Below are positions 54,836 to 63,986 of a DNA stretch of 64,000 nt, piece after piece. Made by a program: the position numbers and the translations under genes. Under the pieces are notes generated by a model. That model did no database searches and was not told the origin of the DNA. It saw nothing but the letters and a program-made list of their open reading frames with translations. The stretch comes from a virus (Duplodnaviria > Heunggongvirae > Uroviricota > Caudoviricetes), in IMG/VR virus record IMGVR_UViG_3300017992_000017, positions 33,418-97,417 of that record; one strand, 5' to 3'. The number at the start of each line of letters is the position of its first letter. Position 1 is the stretch's first letter.

Positions 54836-55734
54836 GTTCGTTTTCTCCCGTTGTCGGTTGTGGTTGGTTGCGTTTAGCGTTGTCCAGGTTTCCATAATTA
54901 GACTCCTTTGCGTAGAATAGATTGGTGGGGAAACTATGTTTGATTATCGGTGGTATAGTTTAGCTGTCAATAGCACAGGGGAGCAAATAGTCTATTTTGT
55001 GGTGAATTCTCTAAAATCAGTAAGATATAGGGGGAAGGTTTGCGGGGGTTGCCCAGTCTGCGCAGATTACCATTGTGGGGGGTGTCATACAATATATTGT
55101 GCGGGAAGGTATCGTCGCCGGTGGAATCGTCCGGATATTGCGCGGCCGGTGAGTGCGCTAGCACGCTAGTACAGTTGCCCCGGGATAGCTTCCAGTCTGG
55201 CCCGATAAAGCCTACCCCCAGGGTGAATTTTAGCCTCCGCTAATGCAGATTTTCGGAACCACGGCCGATGCGGACCGAAAGCTAGGCGCTCTGGGGATTT
55301 AGGGACGGGAGGGGAATCCGGGGAAACCCCCTCCCCGGTGGTGCCTTAGTCCCTCGCTGGCGCTCGGTCCACCACAGTAGTCCATATTTCCGAGGTCCAT
55401 CTCCACACCTACCACGAGCTCCCATAACCCCCTGTAACCCCACACCTCTCCTGGTAACTTCTGGTCAACCCCCCAGAAAGAGTATATAGGATGTCTACAT
55501 AGTGCTCCATCTCCTTGCACAGTACCAAACCTCCTGGGACTGTGCAGACGTCTTTTCCCTACTCCTCCTCCCATGTCTCTAGAAATATCCCACCAAAATT
55601 CTGGGAAGGTCATATTTCCGGGGTCGAGCGAGAAAAATCCGGAAAAGTATAGTTTCTGGGGTTGCCTGCCGAAACTATACCGGTAGAATGGTATCAGTGG
55701 GGGTTACTAGATTGATCTGCTGGGAGACTCTGAC

Positions 55735-55995
55735 ATGGCGAAAGACCCGGTACTGAAGCTTGCGAGTGAGGTGGAAGACCCGGTTACCACCCTGTACTTG
55801 GAGAGAATGCCAAACGGAAACATCGCGCTCAAGGCACGCGCTCCAAGGGGTAATGTCTGGCGCCTGTTCGAGATCCACACGCATACCGGCGACATCGTGG
55901 GGTATGACGACATTCCCGACGACATTGGACTACCGGCGGATGAGGACGGCCAGTTGGTGATCTCGAATGTTTCTGTACCGGAGAACTCCCTATGA
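55735..55995 (+). CDS. hypothetical protein
   Basis: 86 aa; first gene of + strand block after long noncoding region. Confidence 0.4.
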   Translation: MAKDPVLKLASEVEDPVTTLYLERMPNGNIALKARAPRGNVWRLFEIHTHTGDIVGYDDIPDDIGLPADEDGQLVISNVSVPENSL

Positions 55996-56123
55996 CCCTC
56001 ACTACCAAACAACCGGGTGACCTGGTCGTTATCGAGCTGGAAGAGGACGAGGAGGATATCAACTTGCTCGCCACGAAGAACGGTCACAGCTGGGTACTCG
56101 CTCTGTTTATTACGCTGGCCTAG
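55992..56123 (+). CDS. hypothetical small acidic protein (43 aa)
   Basis: ATG overlapping upstream stop; my translation MTLTTKQPGDLVVIELEEDEEDINLLATKNGHSWVLALFITLA. Confidence 0.25.
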   Translation: MTLTTKQPGDLVVIELEEDEEDINLLATKNGHSWVLALFITLA

Positions 56124-56174
56124 ACCGATCTCTTTTCCGATAAACCTGCCTCTTGGTAACCCTGGAGTATTTCT

Positions 56175-56747
56175 ATGACTAATACCGTGCCTGTTAGTAC
56201 TTCACACCTTGGTTGGCGACCGCAAGCGAGGATCGAACTGCCTGTTGGAACAATCTTCGTTTCGACGGAAGAGACAACAACCGAGAAGGAACTGAGGGTT
56301 CTTGCTCGTCGGATCAAGGTGTGCATGGAAGCTCTGGCTGATGTTTCTCTAGATCTGTTTGAGGAGGGGTTCTTCGACGACGCGTTTCTGAAGATGGCTC
56401 CGGCTGCCAAGGACGAACTCGCGAAACGATCTGCCTTCGATGAGGTGCCGGAACAGCTGCGAAAGCACTACTCCCGTTACGACGATCTCTCCTGTAACGG
56501 CTGTGATGGCGTTCGTGGGGATCATGAAGAGGACTGTCCCGTCGCCGATCTGGAGGAGCTCTACGCAAAGACCCAGGCAGACGTCGTGCATATCTCCGAG
56601 TGTGTCGTCAAGAACTGTCAGGCTGAGAGCGTGCCTGGTGGTAAGTACGACACCCCCCAGACATGTCGCTGTGGCCGGGAGTGCTGGGAGACGGGACGAG
56701 ACGGAACAACGCGGTGTGTCTACTGTGCGTCCCTGAGGAAAGAGTAA
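56175..56747 (+). CDS. hypothetical Cys-rich protein
   Basis: 190 aa. Confidence 0.4.
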   Translation: MTNTVPVSTSHLGWRPQARIELPVGTIFVSTEETTTEKELRVLARRIKVCMEALADVSLDLFEEGFFDDAFLKMAPAAKDELAKRSAFDEVPEQLRKHYSRYDDLSCNGCDGVRGDHEEDCPVADLEELYAKTQADVVHISECVVKNCQAESVPGGKYDTPQTCRCGRECWETGRDGTTRCVYCASLRKE

Positions 56748-56749
56748 CC

Positions 56750-56923
56750 ATGGCCGAACCTGAAAATCCGCTCGGCCTGACTCCGGAAGAGATTGAGGCT
56801 TTGCTGCCGCCACCGATCGATCTGCAAAACGAAGAGCGAGTTGGTGTGCGTTACGACTACTGTCCTGAGTGCGGCCGAGATCCCAAAGATCCCGGCTCCA
56901 AAGGTTGCTGTTACTGTGGATAA
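56750..56923 (+). CDS. hypothetical zinc-ribbon protein ending ..CCYCG
   Basis: CPECG...GCCYCG; ATG 3 nt after upstream stop. Confidence 0.3.
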   Translation: MAEPENPLGLTPEEIEALLPPPIDLQNEERVGVRYDYCPECGRDPKDPGSKGCCYCG

Positions 56924-56932
56924 GGAGATGCA

Positions 56933-57277
56933 ATGAAAGACGTGACAATCAAGATCTGGGTAACCAAGTCCTGGAAGTTCCGTGCGCGGGTTATGCCACG
57001 AGATGGACTGGCGTATGAGGTGACTGTCGGTGGGAAACAATGGCGACAAGGCAAAGGATGTCCGTATCAAAGAGAGATCCTGGACAGATGCCAATGTCTG
57101 AAAACCACGCTCGCAGAGATCTTGCTGGAGCTTGAGATTGCTGACGAACGGCGAAGGGAAGACGACACGATCTCCGATGGCTTTGGGAATGCCTGGGATG
57201 CTATTTGTCTTAATTGTGGCCGGAGGTCTATGGAGGTCGTCCGTCCCGGCAAAGTTCAATGTGCGTACTGTGGATAA
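56933..57277 (+). CDS. hypothetical zinc-ribbon protein ending ..CAYCG
   Basis: CLNCG...CAYCG, same C-terminal signature as previous ORF. Confidence 0.4.
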   Translation: MKDVTIKIWVTKSWKFRARVMPRDGLAYEVTVGGKQWRQGKGCPYQREILDRCQCLKTTLAEILLELEIADERRREDDTISDGFGNAWDAICLNCGRRSMEVVRPGKVQCAYCG

Positions 57278-57399
57278 GGAGAACTCATGTTTGATTCAGA
57301 CTGTCCCGCTACCGTATTTGCGATCCTGTCTAGCACCTTTGCCGTTATCTCCCCAGTGTGTGCCGTTCTCTCGCTAGCTCTGTCATGAAAGGAGAACCC

Positions 57400-57738
57400 A
57401 TGGTCACCTATGACAGCGTAGAAGAAGCGGAATTTGTCAGCTGGCTAGAAGAGGAGCTCCTGCATCCTACGCGATGGAAGAGAGCTCGGTTCCAAAAGCA
57501 GAACTACGGCACCGAGTCTGTCAGCTACTTCTACACGCTGGTACACCCGATAGCCAAGATCAAGATCCATCGTTGGCTTGCGGGTGTAGAAGTCTATGAC
57601 GGACGCAAGACCTTCGCGGTTGAGTCAGAACAAGCTCGGGATGCCTTGGACAAGCTCGAGAAGGACCACAAGGCACACGAACGCCAACGTCTTATTTCCA
57701 GGATCCTCGAACGTATCTTCGTCGGGAGAACCCCATGA
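57400..57738 (+). CDS. hypothetical protein
   Basis: AAAGGAGAA SD before ATG 57400. Confidence 0.4.
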   Translation: MVTYDSVEEAEFVSWLEEELLHPTRWKRARFQKQNYGTESVSYFYTLVHPIAKIKIHRWLAGVEVYDGRKTFAVESEQARDALDKLEKDHKAHERQRLISRILERIFVGRTP

Positions 57739-58175
57739 CCCAACAACTACGACTCGGACTACAGCTGGTCGATCGGCAAGCTCGGTATGACAATTCGCCG
57801 GGTGCTTGGACGACGGCTGCAGACCTGATCGAGCTGTCCTTGCGAGAAGCCGAACGATGGACAAGACGGTGCGACGATGCCAAAAGGATCCCGGACATGC
57901 TGTGGGAAGCATGCCAGGACCTTCGCGCACGTGCCAAGGACTGTCTGGCTGAGTTCTCGCAACGAAGCGTGTCACCGCTCAAACTGGCTCAACGGCGCAT
58001 CCATCTTTTAGGACACGACCATTACCAGCTGAACGAGGTCGGGATCCTGGCAGCCGAGGTACTAAGACTCACCACAGAGCTTGCAGAAGCCAACCATACC
58101 ACGGAACTGTACGAGTCCGAAGTGGCCGGTCTGCAACGAGAGCTCGACCTCGAATACGGAAGGGACGAGAACTGA
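57735..58175 (+). CDS. hypothetical protein
   Basis: 146 aa. Confidence 0.4.
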   Translation: MTQQLRLGLQLVDRQARYDNSPGAWTTAADLIELSLREAERWTRRCDDAKRIPDMLWEACQDLRARAKDCLAEFSQRSVSPLKLAQRRIHLLGHDHYQLNEVGILAAEVLRLTTELAEANHTTELYESEVAGLQRELDLEYGRDEN

Positions 58176-58178
58176 CTC

Positions 58179-58364
58179 ATGCACTTCAATATCTTCTTCA
58201 CCCTCAAAGGACCTGGCGGGAAGATCGATGCGCCGAACAACAGCAACCCGGTTGAATGCAAGGACCTATACACCCTACTACACGATCTGGCCGAGCAACT
58301 ACCAAATAACTGGCTGGTAGAAACGATCGGCGTACGCATCGAAAAGACGGGGGGGACATGGTAG
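58179..58364 (+). CDS. hypothetical protein
   Basis: 61 aa. Confidence 0.3.
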   Translation: MHFNIFFTLKGPGGKIDAPNNSNPVECKDLYTLLHDLAEQLPNNWLVETIGVRIEKTGGTW

Positions 58365-58915
58365 ACACACAAGCACAGGGAGTCGCACCCGCAATCTGCC
58401 TCATCAACCCGAAGACGGAAATCAACGTCGGGATGGTCGTACGTCTGGCATCCTGTTACGGAATCTCGCAGGTGTGGTGGACCGGGCACAGAGTCAACTT
58501 GGATCGCAGCGGAAAGCGTCGACTCCCACGAGAAGAGAGACTCCGGGGGTATCAGGACGTGACCATGATCCAACATGATCGTCCGTTCGATCACTTTCCT
58601 GGTGCAGTACCGGTGGCTGTTGAGGTACGCGAGAACGCCGAGAACCTCCTTGCCTTCGAGCACCCGGAGAACGCCTTGTACGTGTTTGGTCCGGAAGACG
58701 GGGGACTACGAGCGGTGGACGTGCGTCATTGCCATCGCTTCCTGATCATCCCCACGGACCACTGCCTCAACCTCGCAACTGCTGTGGCTACCGTGCTGTG
58801 GGATCGGACCGTGAAGGCGCATCTGAACGGCGACGTATCCCGTGTTGGAAGGTCCCCGGCAACGTGCGAGAACCGAGGATTTGTAGACAGTCCGATCGTA
58901 GAGGAGGTACCGTGA
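58358..58915 (+). CDS. SpoU/TrmH-class (SPOUT) RNA 2'-O-methyltransferase
   Basis: ICLINPKTEINVGMVVRLASCYGIS, YVFGPEDGGL, IPTDHCLNLATAVATVLWD (SpoU motifs 1-3). Confidence 0.7.
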   Translation: MVDTQAQGVAPAICLINPKTEINVGMVVRLASCYGISQVWWTGHRVNLDRSGKRRLPREERLRGYQDVTMIQHDRPFDHFPGAVPVAVEVRENAENLLAFEHPENALYVFGPEDGGLRAVDVRHCHRFLIIPTDHCLNLATAVATVLWDRTVKAHLNGDVSRVGRSPATCENRGFVDSPIVEEVP

Positions 58916-59100
58916 AAAGACTACTCGACTACCTGGCTATCGTGATTGTTGCTGCGATCTATCTGGCAGTGGCGACGTTGGCATTTCTCGCTTTCACAGG
59001 GTTGATTATTCACGAGCCGGAGACAGCTGCTGGATGCACGGCGATTACTGCTGTGGTCGTACTGTTTATCTGGTCAATGCACAGACTGGAGAACAGGTGA
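58912..59100 (+). CDS. small membrane protein
   Basis: GTG overlapping upstream stop; two hydrophobic helices. Confidence 0.3.
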   Translation: MKRLLDYLAIVIVAAIYLAVATLAFLAFTGLIIHEPETAAGCTAITAVVVLFIWSMHRLENR

Positions 59101-59420
59101 TGCAAGAACGTACTGTAGATGTCGATTGTGTCCGGTTCAGTTGCTTCTCCGGGGCGCCAAAGCTCGTGCAGGACTACCTCATCCTGCGAGAGAACGAGAC
59201 CCTGGACGCGTGGGTTCTCGAGTTCAAGCGTGGGGTGACCGGATACGAGTCTCTCATCGTGACCGGACCAGGCGCCGCAGATCTGGAGAGACTGTGCGAG
59301 GTCGGATGGTGGGCCTGTGCTGGTACGACGGGTTGCTGGGATAGTCTCTTTGTACATCCACTCCAGCTGAAACGGGTCTTTGAGGATCTAGGACTTCTCG
59401 AAAAGGAGACGACGCAGTGA
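59100..59420 (+). CDS. hypothetical protein
   Basis: 107 aa. Confidence 0.35.
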   Translation: MQERTVDVDCVRFSCFSGAPKLVQDYLILRENETLDAWVLEFKRGVTGYESLIVTGPGAADLERLCEVGWWACAGTTGCWDSLFVHPLQLKRVFEDLGLLEKETTQ

Positions 59421-60175
59421 AATTCGATGACCTAGACGCCAAGATGCGGGTCTTCGAGACTGTGGCCGATACCTGCGTTCTGCCTGAGCTCTACATGGTT
59501 GCTCGACTGGATGGACGTAGCTTCACCCGGCTGACGAAAGAGACCCACCCATTTGACACGCCGTTTGACAGCCGGTTTCGGGACATGATGGTCGCAACCA
59601 CGGAATCGCTGATGACCTGCGGCTTCCGGGTGATCTACGGGTATACCGAGAGCGACGAAATCTCCTTGCTGTTTGCACGTAACGAGAACACGTTTGGCCG
59701 GAAACTGCGTAAGTACAACTCAGTACTGGCAGGAGAAGCGAGTGCCAAATTCTCATTACTGTGTGGGAGCGTCGGGGCATTTGACTGTCGTGTCTCCCAG
59801 CTGCCAACCCCAGATCTGGTGGTTGACTACTTTCGCTGGCGTAGTGCGGACGCCACCAGGAACGCCTTGAACTCCTGGTGTTACTGGATGCTAAGAAGAA
59901 AGACCGGCAAGAGTAAACGCCAAGCCACGTCACAGCTCCTTGGACTCTCGATAAGCGAAAAGAACGAGCTGCTCTTCCAGTACGAGATCAACTTCAACGA
60001 TCTCCCTGCGTGGCAAAAACGTGGGGTCGGCGTGTACTGGGAACACTACGACAAGCCGTCCGTGAACCCGGTTACAGGCGAGTGTGTTGTGGCCGGTCGT
60101 CGTCGCATTCGGAGAGAGTATGAGCTGCCAATGAAGGACGAGTACAGCGAGTTCATTCGTGCTATTCTCGGTTAG
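59417..60175 (+). CDS. Thg1-like protein (tRNA-His guanylyltransferase family, 3'-5' nucleotidyltransferase)
   Basis: MVARLDGRSFTRLT (cf. VVVRLDGRNFHRF), YGYTESDEISLLF (AYGQSDEYSFVF), DYFRWRSADATRNALNSWCYW ([21 protein letters not shown]), EKNELLFQYEINFNDLPAWQKRG ([24 protein letters not shown]). Confidence 0.8.
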   Translation: MKFDDLDAKMRVFETVADTCVLPELYMVARLDGRSFTRLTKETHPFDTPFDSRFRDMMVATTESLMTCGFRVIYGYTESDEISLLFARNENTFGRKLRKYNSVLAGEASAKFSLLCGSVGAFDCRVSQLPTPDLVVDYFRWRSADATRNALNSWCYWMLRRKTGKSKRQATSQLLGLSISEKNELLFQYEINFNDLPAWQKRGVGVYWEHYDKPSVNPVTGECVVAGRRRIRREYELPMKDEYSEFIRAILG

Positions 60176-60183
60176 GAGAAACC

Positions 60184-60441
60184 ATGGCTGACATCGTAGA
60201 CCTTTGCCGTACTGTAGCTGACGGCGCCTCCTCTGCCTGGGGTGACGCGTCGGAGCAGTTGAAACCGATCCTCACGGCTGCCAGCAATACCTTGTTGGAT
60301 GCTGCCAAGGAGATTGAATGTCTCCGATCTGCATACCACGGGTCCTGCTACGCGTGTGAGATCCGAAAGACCTGTGACTGCGCGTGGGACATCTACAACC
60401 TGAACACGGTCGCCGGGATTGACTGCCTGGCGAGTAAGTAA
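60184..60441 (+). CDS. hypothetical protein
   Basis: 85 aa. Confidence 0.35.
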   Translation: MADIVDLCRTVADGASSAWGDASEQLKPILTAASNTLLDAAKEIECLRSAYHGSCYACEIRKTCDCAWDIYNLNTVAGIDCLASK

Positions 60442-60629
60442 TGCCTAGACTTCATGTAAGCTGCAACAAGTTCGCGTGCCGGGTAGTCGTCGATGAAGCT
60501 ACCCAGACCATCACCGACGCAGAACCGGCCATGCGCAGATTCGTTGGACAGCCGATCCGGAACCTCTACGCCTGGTTCGCGAAGTTTGGCAACCTCCGGA
60601 TTGTTGATCTGGATGAGTATAGTCTGTGA
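60441..60629 (+). CDS. hypothetical protein
   Basis: 62 aa. Confidence 0.3.
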   Translation: MPRLHVSCNKFACRVVVDEATQTITDAEPAMRRFVGQPIRNLYAWFAKFGNLRIVDLDEYSL

Positions 60630-60645
60630 AACCTAGTTTTGGTTA

Positions 60646-60674
60646 TTGCCAGACACCTCGTTTTCGGGTATAAT
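60646..60674 (+). promoter_or_regulatory. canonical sigma70-type promoter upstream of integrase
   Basis: TTGCCA (60646-60651) - 17 nt - TATAAT (60669-60674); AAGGAGAA SD at 60692-60699; ATG 60706. Confidence 0.6.
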
Positions 60675-60705
60675 ATGGGTAGTTCAAGATCCAAGGAGAA
60701 CCCCC

Positions 60706-61650
60706 ATGTACGACCTGATCCCAGCAGCTTCCAATACCCTCGTCCAGCACGACTACAACCGGCTTGTGGCGCAGTGGCTGTCCGGACGCAAGGATACCAC
60801 GCTCAACACGTACAAGTCGGCTCTCCGGGACTTTGCGGCCTGGTTGGACGTCCGATCCATGGCCGAAGTCGCTGAAAGTCTCCTCACGCTGGATGCTGGC
60901 CAGGCGAACGCGAAGATCCTGGACTACAAGAACGCTCTGATCGCTAGAGAGCTGGCACCTGGGACGGTCAACCTGCGTCTTGCTGCGATCCGGTCCTTGG
61001 TGTCTCTGGCTGCCATGCTCGGGATTGTGTCTTGGACGGTCCGGATCAAGGGACTGAAACAACGAGTCTACCGGGACACGCGAGGTCCTGGTGCTGACGG
61101 ATACCGATCGATCGTCTCCAACCTTGACACGACCACGAAACCCGGCAAACGGGACGCGGCGATCGTACGGCTCCTCTACGTGCTGGGTCTCCGTCGTGGT
61201 GAGGTCGTCTCCCTGGATCTGGAGGATGTGGACTTCTCAGCTGGACGCGTCGAGATCTTGGGGAAGGGACGTCTGCAGAAGGAGTGGGTGACCATCCCCC
61301 CGGAGACGCTCGAGACGCTCCGTGAGTGGGTGGATGCTCGGGGGTGGCACTGCGGTCCTCTCTTCGTCTCCTTGGCCAGAGGGAGCTACGGGAAGCGGCT
61401 CACGGGTCGTAGCGTGGCCAGTGTGGTACAGAAGGCTGGTGTCGCGGCTGAGCTCGATCGACCGGTGCGTCCCCATGGTCTCCGGCATGCTGCTATCACC
61501 GAGCTCCGGGACCAGGGCGCCAGCGATCGGGACGTGATCCGGTTCTCTCGGCACCGCTCTCCCGACGTCCTGCAGTACTATGATGACAACCGAGACGATA
61601 TCGCTGGGAGACTCGCTACCAAATTGGAGATACTCGATGAAAGCCGCTGA
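60706..61650 (+). CDS. int: tyrosine-type site-specific recombinase / integrase (XerC/D-like)
   Basis: LGLRRGEVVSLDLEDV (R-box), HGLRHAAITEL (H-x-x-R), DVLQYYDDN (catalytic Y region); N-terminal SAM-like core-binding domain. Confidence 0.9.
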   Translation: MYDLIPAASNTLVQHDYNRLVAQWLSGRKDTTLNTYKSALRDFAAWLDVRSMAEVAESLLTLDAGQANAKILDYKNALIARELAPGTVNLRLAAIRSLVSLAAMLGIVSWTVRIKGLKQRVYRDTRGPGADGYRSIVSNLDTTTKPGKRDAAIVRLLYVLGLRRGEVVSLDLEDVDFSAGRVEILGKGRLQKEWVTIPPETLETLREWVDARGWHCGPLFVSLARGSYGKRLTGRSVASVVQKAGVAAELDRPVRPHGLRHAAITELRDQGASDRDVIRFSRHRSPDVLQYYDDNRDDIAGRLATKLEILDESR

Positions 61651-61906
61651 ACTGAGAGAACGACTACGGAAGGTCAAGGGTGCCGAGGAGAAGGTCGACG
61701 CTCTGCTGGCCAAGTCCTTCTCCCGGGACGACAAAGACAGGATCCTTACCCGGATTGGAAAGCTGGCTCGGGAATGGTTGGAGTGTATCCGGGAAGAGGG
61801 TCGCGTCTCGCACCACGTGACCGACGCGTTCGAGGCAGTGGTCCTGATGGCTTTCTACGGTGATGACATCTATCGTGTCACCGAGCCGTTGCGGGATGAT
61901 TGGTAG
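61637..61906 (+). CDS. hypothetical protein
   Basis: ATG overlapping int 3' end. Confidence 0.35.
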   Translation: MKAAELRERLRKVKGAEEKVDALLAKSFSRDDKDRILTRIGKLAREWLECIREEGRVSHHVTDAFEAVVLMAFYGDDIYRVTEPLRDDW

Positions 61907-62001
61907 ACCGCTATCACACTTCAGGGGGGTTGTTTCTCCGTCCACTGTCGGTAGAATTATGGTAGGCTGTCGGTCTACTGTTCATTTACCGGGGGTGCAT
62001 C

Positions 62002-62370
62002 ATGAAACGACTCATCTGTCTGCTGGCAATTCTTCTCGTGTGCATGGGTGCTCGTTGGCGATCCTACTACCACACCAGGGTCGTCTCTGATCTCGGGTAT
62101 GCAGAGAAGAAGGTCCCACTCTACGCCGAGAAGACCGAGATCAACATCGTCTACCCGGGTGAGAGCCGGTTGACGGTGGAACTGCGGGGTCCGAACGGTG
62201 AGCTGGCCAAGAAGCTGGTCGATCGCAAGGAGGGTCCGGTCAAGGTCTCCTTCAAGGACGACGACGAGCTCGAACTGCTGGTCAAGGGTTATTGGCGGGT
62301 CCGTGTCCACGCCGACGATGACAAGAAGTGGGCAATCCAGTTCAAGCAGACGATCATCCGGAAACGCTAG
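62002..62370 (+). CDS. putative secreted/lipoprotein
   Basis: MKRLICLLAILLVCMGARW signal peptide with lipobox-like LLVC. Confidence 0.45.
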   Translation: MKRLICLLAILLVCMGARWRSYYHTRVVSDLGYAEKKVPLYAEKTEINIVYPGESRLTVELRGPNGELAKKLVDRKEGPVKVSFKDDDELELLVKGYWRVRVHADDDKKWAIQFKQTIIRKR

Positions 62371-62645
62371 CCGACCGAGGAGACCATCATGTCTCCGGCT
62401 GCCAGAACACGATCGAGCTGCTGCGATACGAGTCTGACCCGACTGCTGATATCGTCTTCTATCGCAGTCCACTCTTCGTACATGCTTCTTTCACCTCGCC
62501 AGTGTTTTGGGCCGACACTGTTGGAGTGTTGGCGTCTTTGCAGATCCATGGCGTAATCAAAGACGTCCACAAAGATTTCGTCCACAAGATCTGCGAGCAC
62601 CTCTGTTTCCTGATCAAACTTCACGGCCTCGGTAGTGGTATCCAT
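62367..62645 (-). CDS. hypothetical acidic protein
   Basis: internal Met of track ORF 62367..62978; upstream part of that ORF is Pro/Arg/Cys-rich and not protein-like. Confidence 0.3.
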   Translation of the reverse strand: MDTTTEAVKFDQETEVLADLVDEIFVDVFDYAMDLQRRQHSNSVGPKHWRGERSMYEEWTAIEDDISSRVRLVSQQLDRVLAAGDMMVSSVG

Positions 62646-62830
62646 GAGGGGACTCCGGGGAGGGATGGGATTGGTATGCCAGGATACTACAGTGTATGCA
62701 GGATGCTGTGATGAGTCAATCCTCGTTTCATGATCGTTTAACAGCCAGTAAACTGTGCTGCCGTTGTTTTTGCCTGTACAGCGTGACAAAAATACTTGAC
62801 GATGGTCTCGCTGTATCGTAAGGTTACACC

Positions 62831-63139
62831 ATGAGCAGCAAAGACAATGGCACAGAATCACTGAAGCCTCCCCTTCCCCCGGCGAAATTTCTTGCGATTG
62901 TCCAGGAGGTGGAGCAGGAGGCACGAGAGCTGCGGGAGACCTACGAGCTGCTGCGCAGTCTCGAGGGTGCGGTCCCAAATGTCGCGAACCAAAGAATGCT
63001 CCGGCCGTCTCTCAACCGGCTACACAAGTTCGCGGTCGCAGCTGCCGAGGCCGTCAGGGAGCTCCGAATCGCCGATACCGAACGTCGTCTGGATGCTGAG
63101 GTATCGGGAAATCGTCAAGGAAATGCTCTCCCTAAATGA
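62831..63139 (+). CDS. hypothetical protein
   Basis: 102 aa; TTGACG...TATCGT upstream. Confidence 0.35.
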   Translation: MSSKDNGTESLKPPLPPAKFLAIVQEVEQEARELRETYELLRSLEGAVPNVANQRMLRPSLNRLHKFAVAAAEAVRELRIADTERRLDAEVSGNRQGNALPK

Positions 63140-63258
63140 TTTTACAACAAGGGTCTCGCTGATCCTGCCACTGTGGACACCACTGCTCCGCGTACGGACC
63201 GGGGATTAGAGCACATCGCCAACTGTCTGCGTAAATTGCGTTGAACACCTCGGCGTAG

Positions 63259-63714
63259 TCAGTAAGCTTGAGCGAGTGAACAGGTGACAAACAGAAAGCG
63301 GCGTTGGTTTCCACGTACAATCCAGACTTCGGTGCTGTAGGGACACGAAGGTGGCAGCGGTACCCGTTGCAAACTGTCTACGCCCAACACGGCAACTATA
63401 TCACCAGTTCGACCAACGATCGCGGTATGTGTAACTTGCATATTCGCAGCACCAAGTCCGAGAGCTGGCACCGTAACGGCCAGTACGATGTTCTCTTTTC
63501 CGAAATGCGCCAGGCGATGTGACTGGCAAACAGCATCTCGGGTACAAGGCACGGCAAGGTTAGGCGTACGGACCCCGGCAAAGCTCGTTGAGATGTCCGT
63601 GGTATGGGGGCCAAGAGAGATGTCGTGCAGACGGAAGTTACGGTCGGTGATTCCCACAATGTCGCTGGACGTTTCAAGCAGCCTCTCTGCCTCCTCTACC
63701 GTGTAGGTTCGCAC
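63259..63714 (-). CDS. hypothetical protein
   Basis: 151 aa. Confidence 0.3.
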   Translation of the reverse strand: MRTYTVEEAERLLETSSDIVGITDRNFRLHDISLGPHTTDISTSFAGVRTPNLAVPCTRDAVCQSHRLAHFGKENIVLAVTVPALGLGAANMQVTHTAIVGRTGDIVAVLGVDSLQRVPLPPSCPYSTEVWIVRGNQRRFLFVTCSLAQAY

Positions 63715-63880
63715 AGATTGCCTCTTGGTGGTCTGGGAGGGTCGTGGGAGGAACAGTTTACCCCTATCTCGTCGCCGGAGTCAAGTAAATCCGAGTTGGC
63801 AGTAAATTTGGCAGTAAATGCCTGCATTCCCCGGCCTTTTACTGCTGTTTCCTACCACTACAACACACCCGAAAACAACG

Positions 63881-63915
63881 AAAAACCCCGTAAAACAGGG
63901 GTTTTCTTTGTTTTG
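63881..63915 (+). terminator. rho-independent terminator candidate
   Basis: AAAACCCC-gtaaaaca-GGGGTTTT followed by CTTTGTTTTGTTG. Confidence 0.55.
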
Positions 63916-63957
63916 TTGAAGTACCAGCGGTAGTTCTGCACGGCAGTTTTTTATCAC

Positions 63958-63986
63958 TTGACAAATAAAGGACTTACGGCTATAGG
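63958..63986 (+). promoter_or_regulatory. sigma70-like promoter candidate at window end
   Basis: TTGACA (63958-63963) - 17 nt - TATAGG (63981-63986). Confidence 0.45.

Noticed and set aside
53400-54900. Impression of a compositional shift (more CG dinucleotides, higher GC) suggesting a foreign insertion carrying genes 53441..53875 and 53948..54835
   Set aside because: I cannot compute GC/codon statistics here and the impression may be subjective; not reported as a finding
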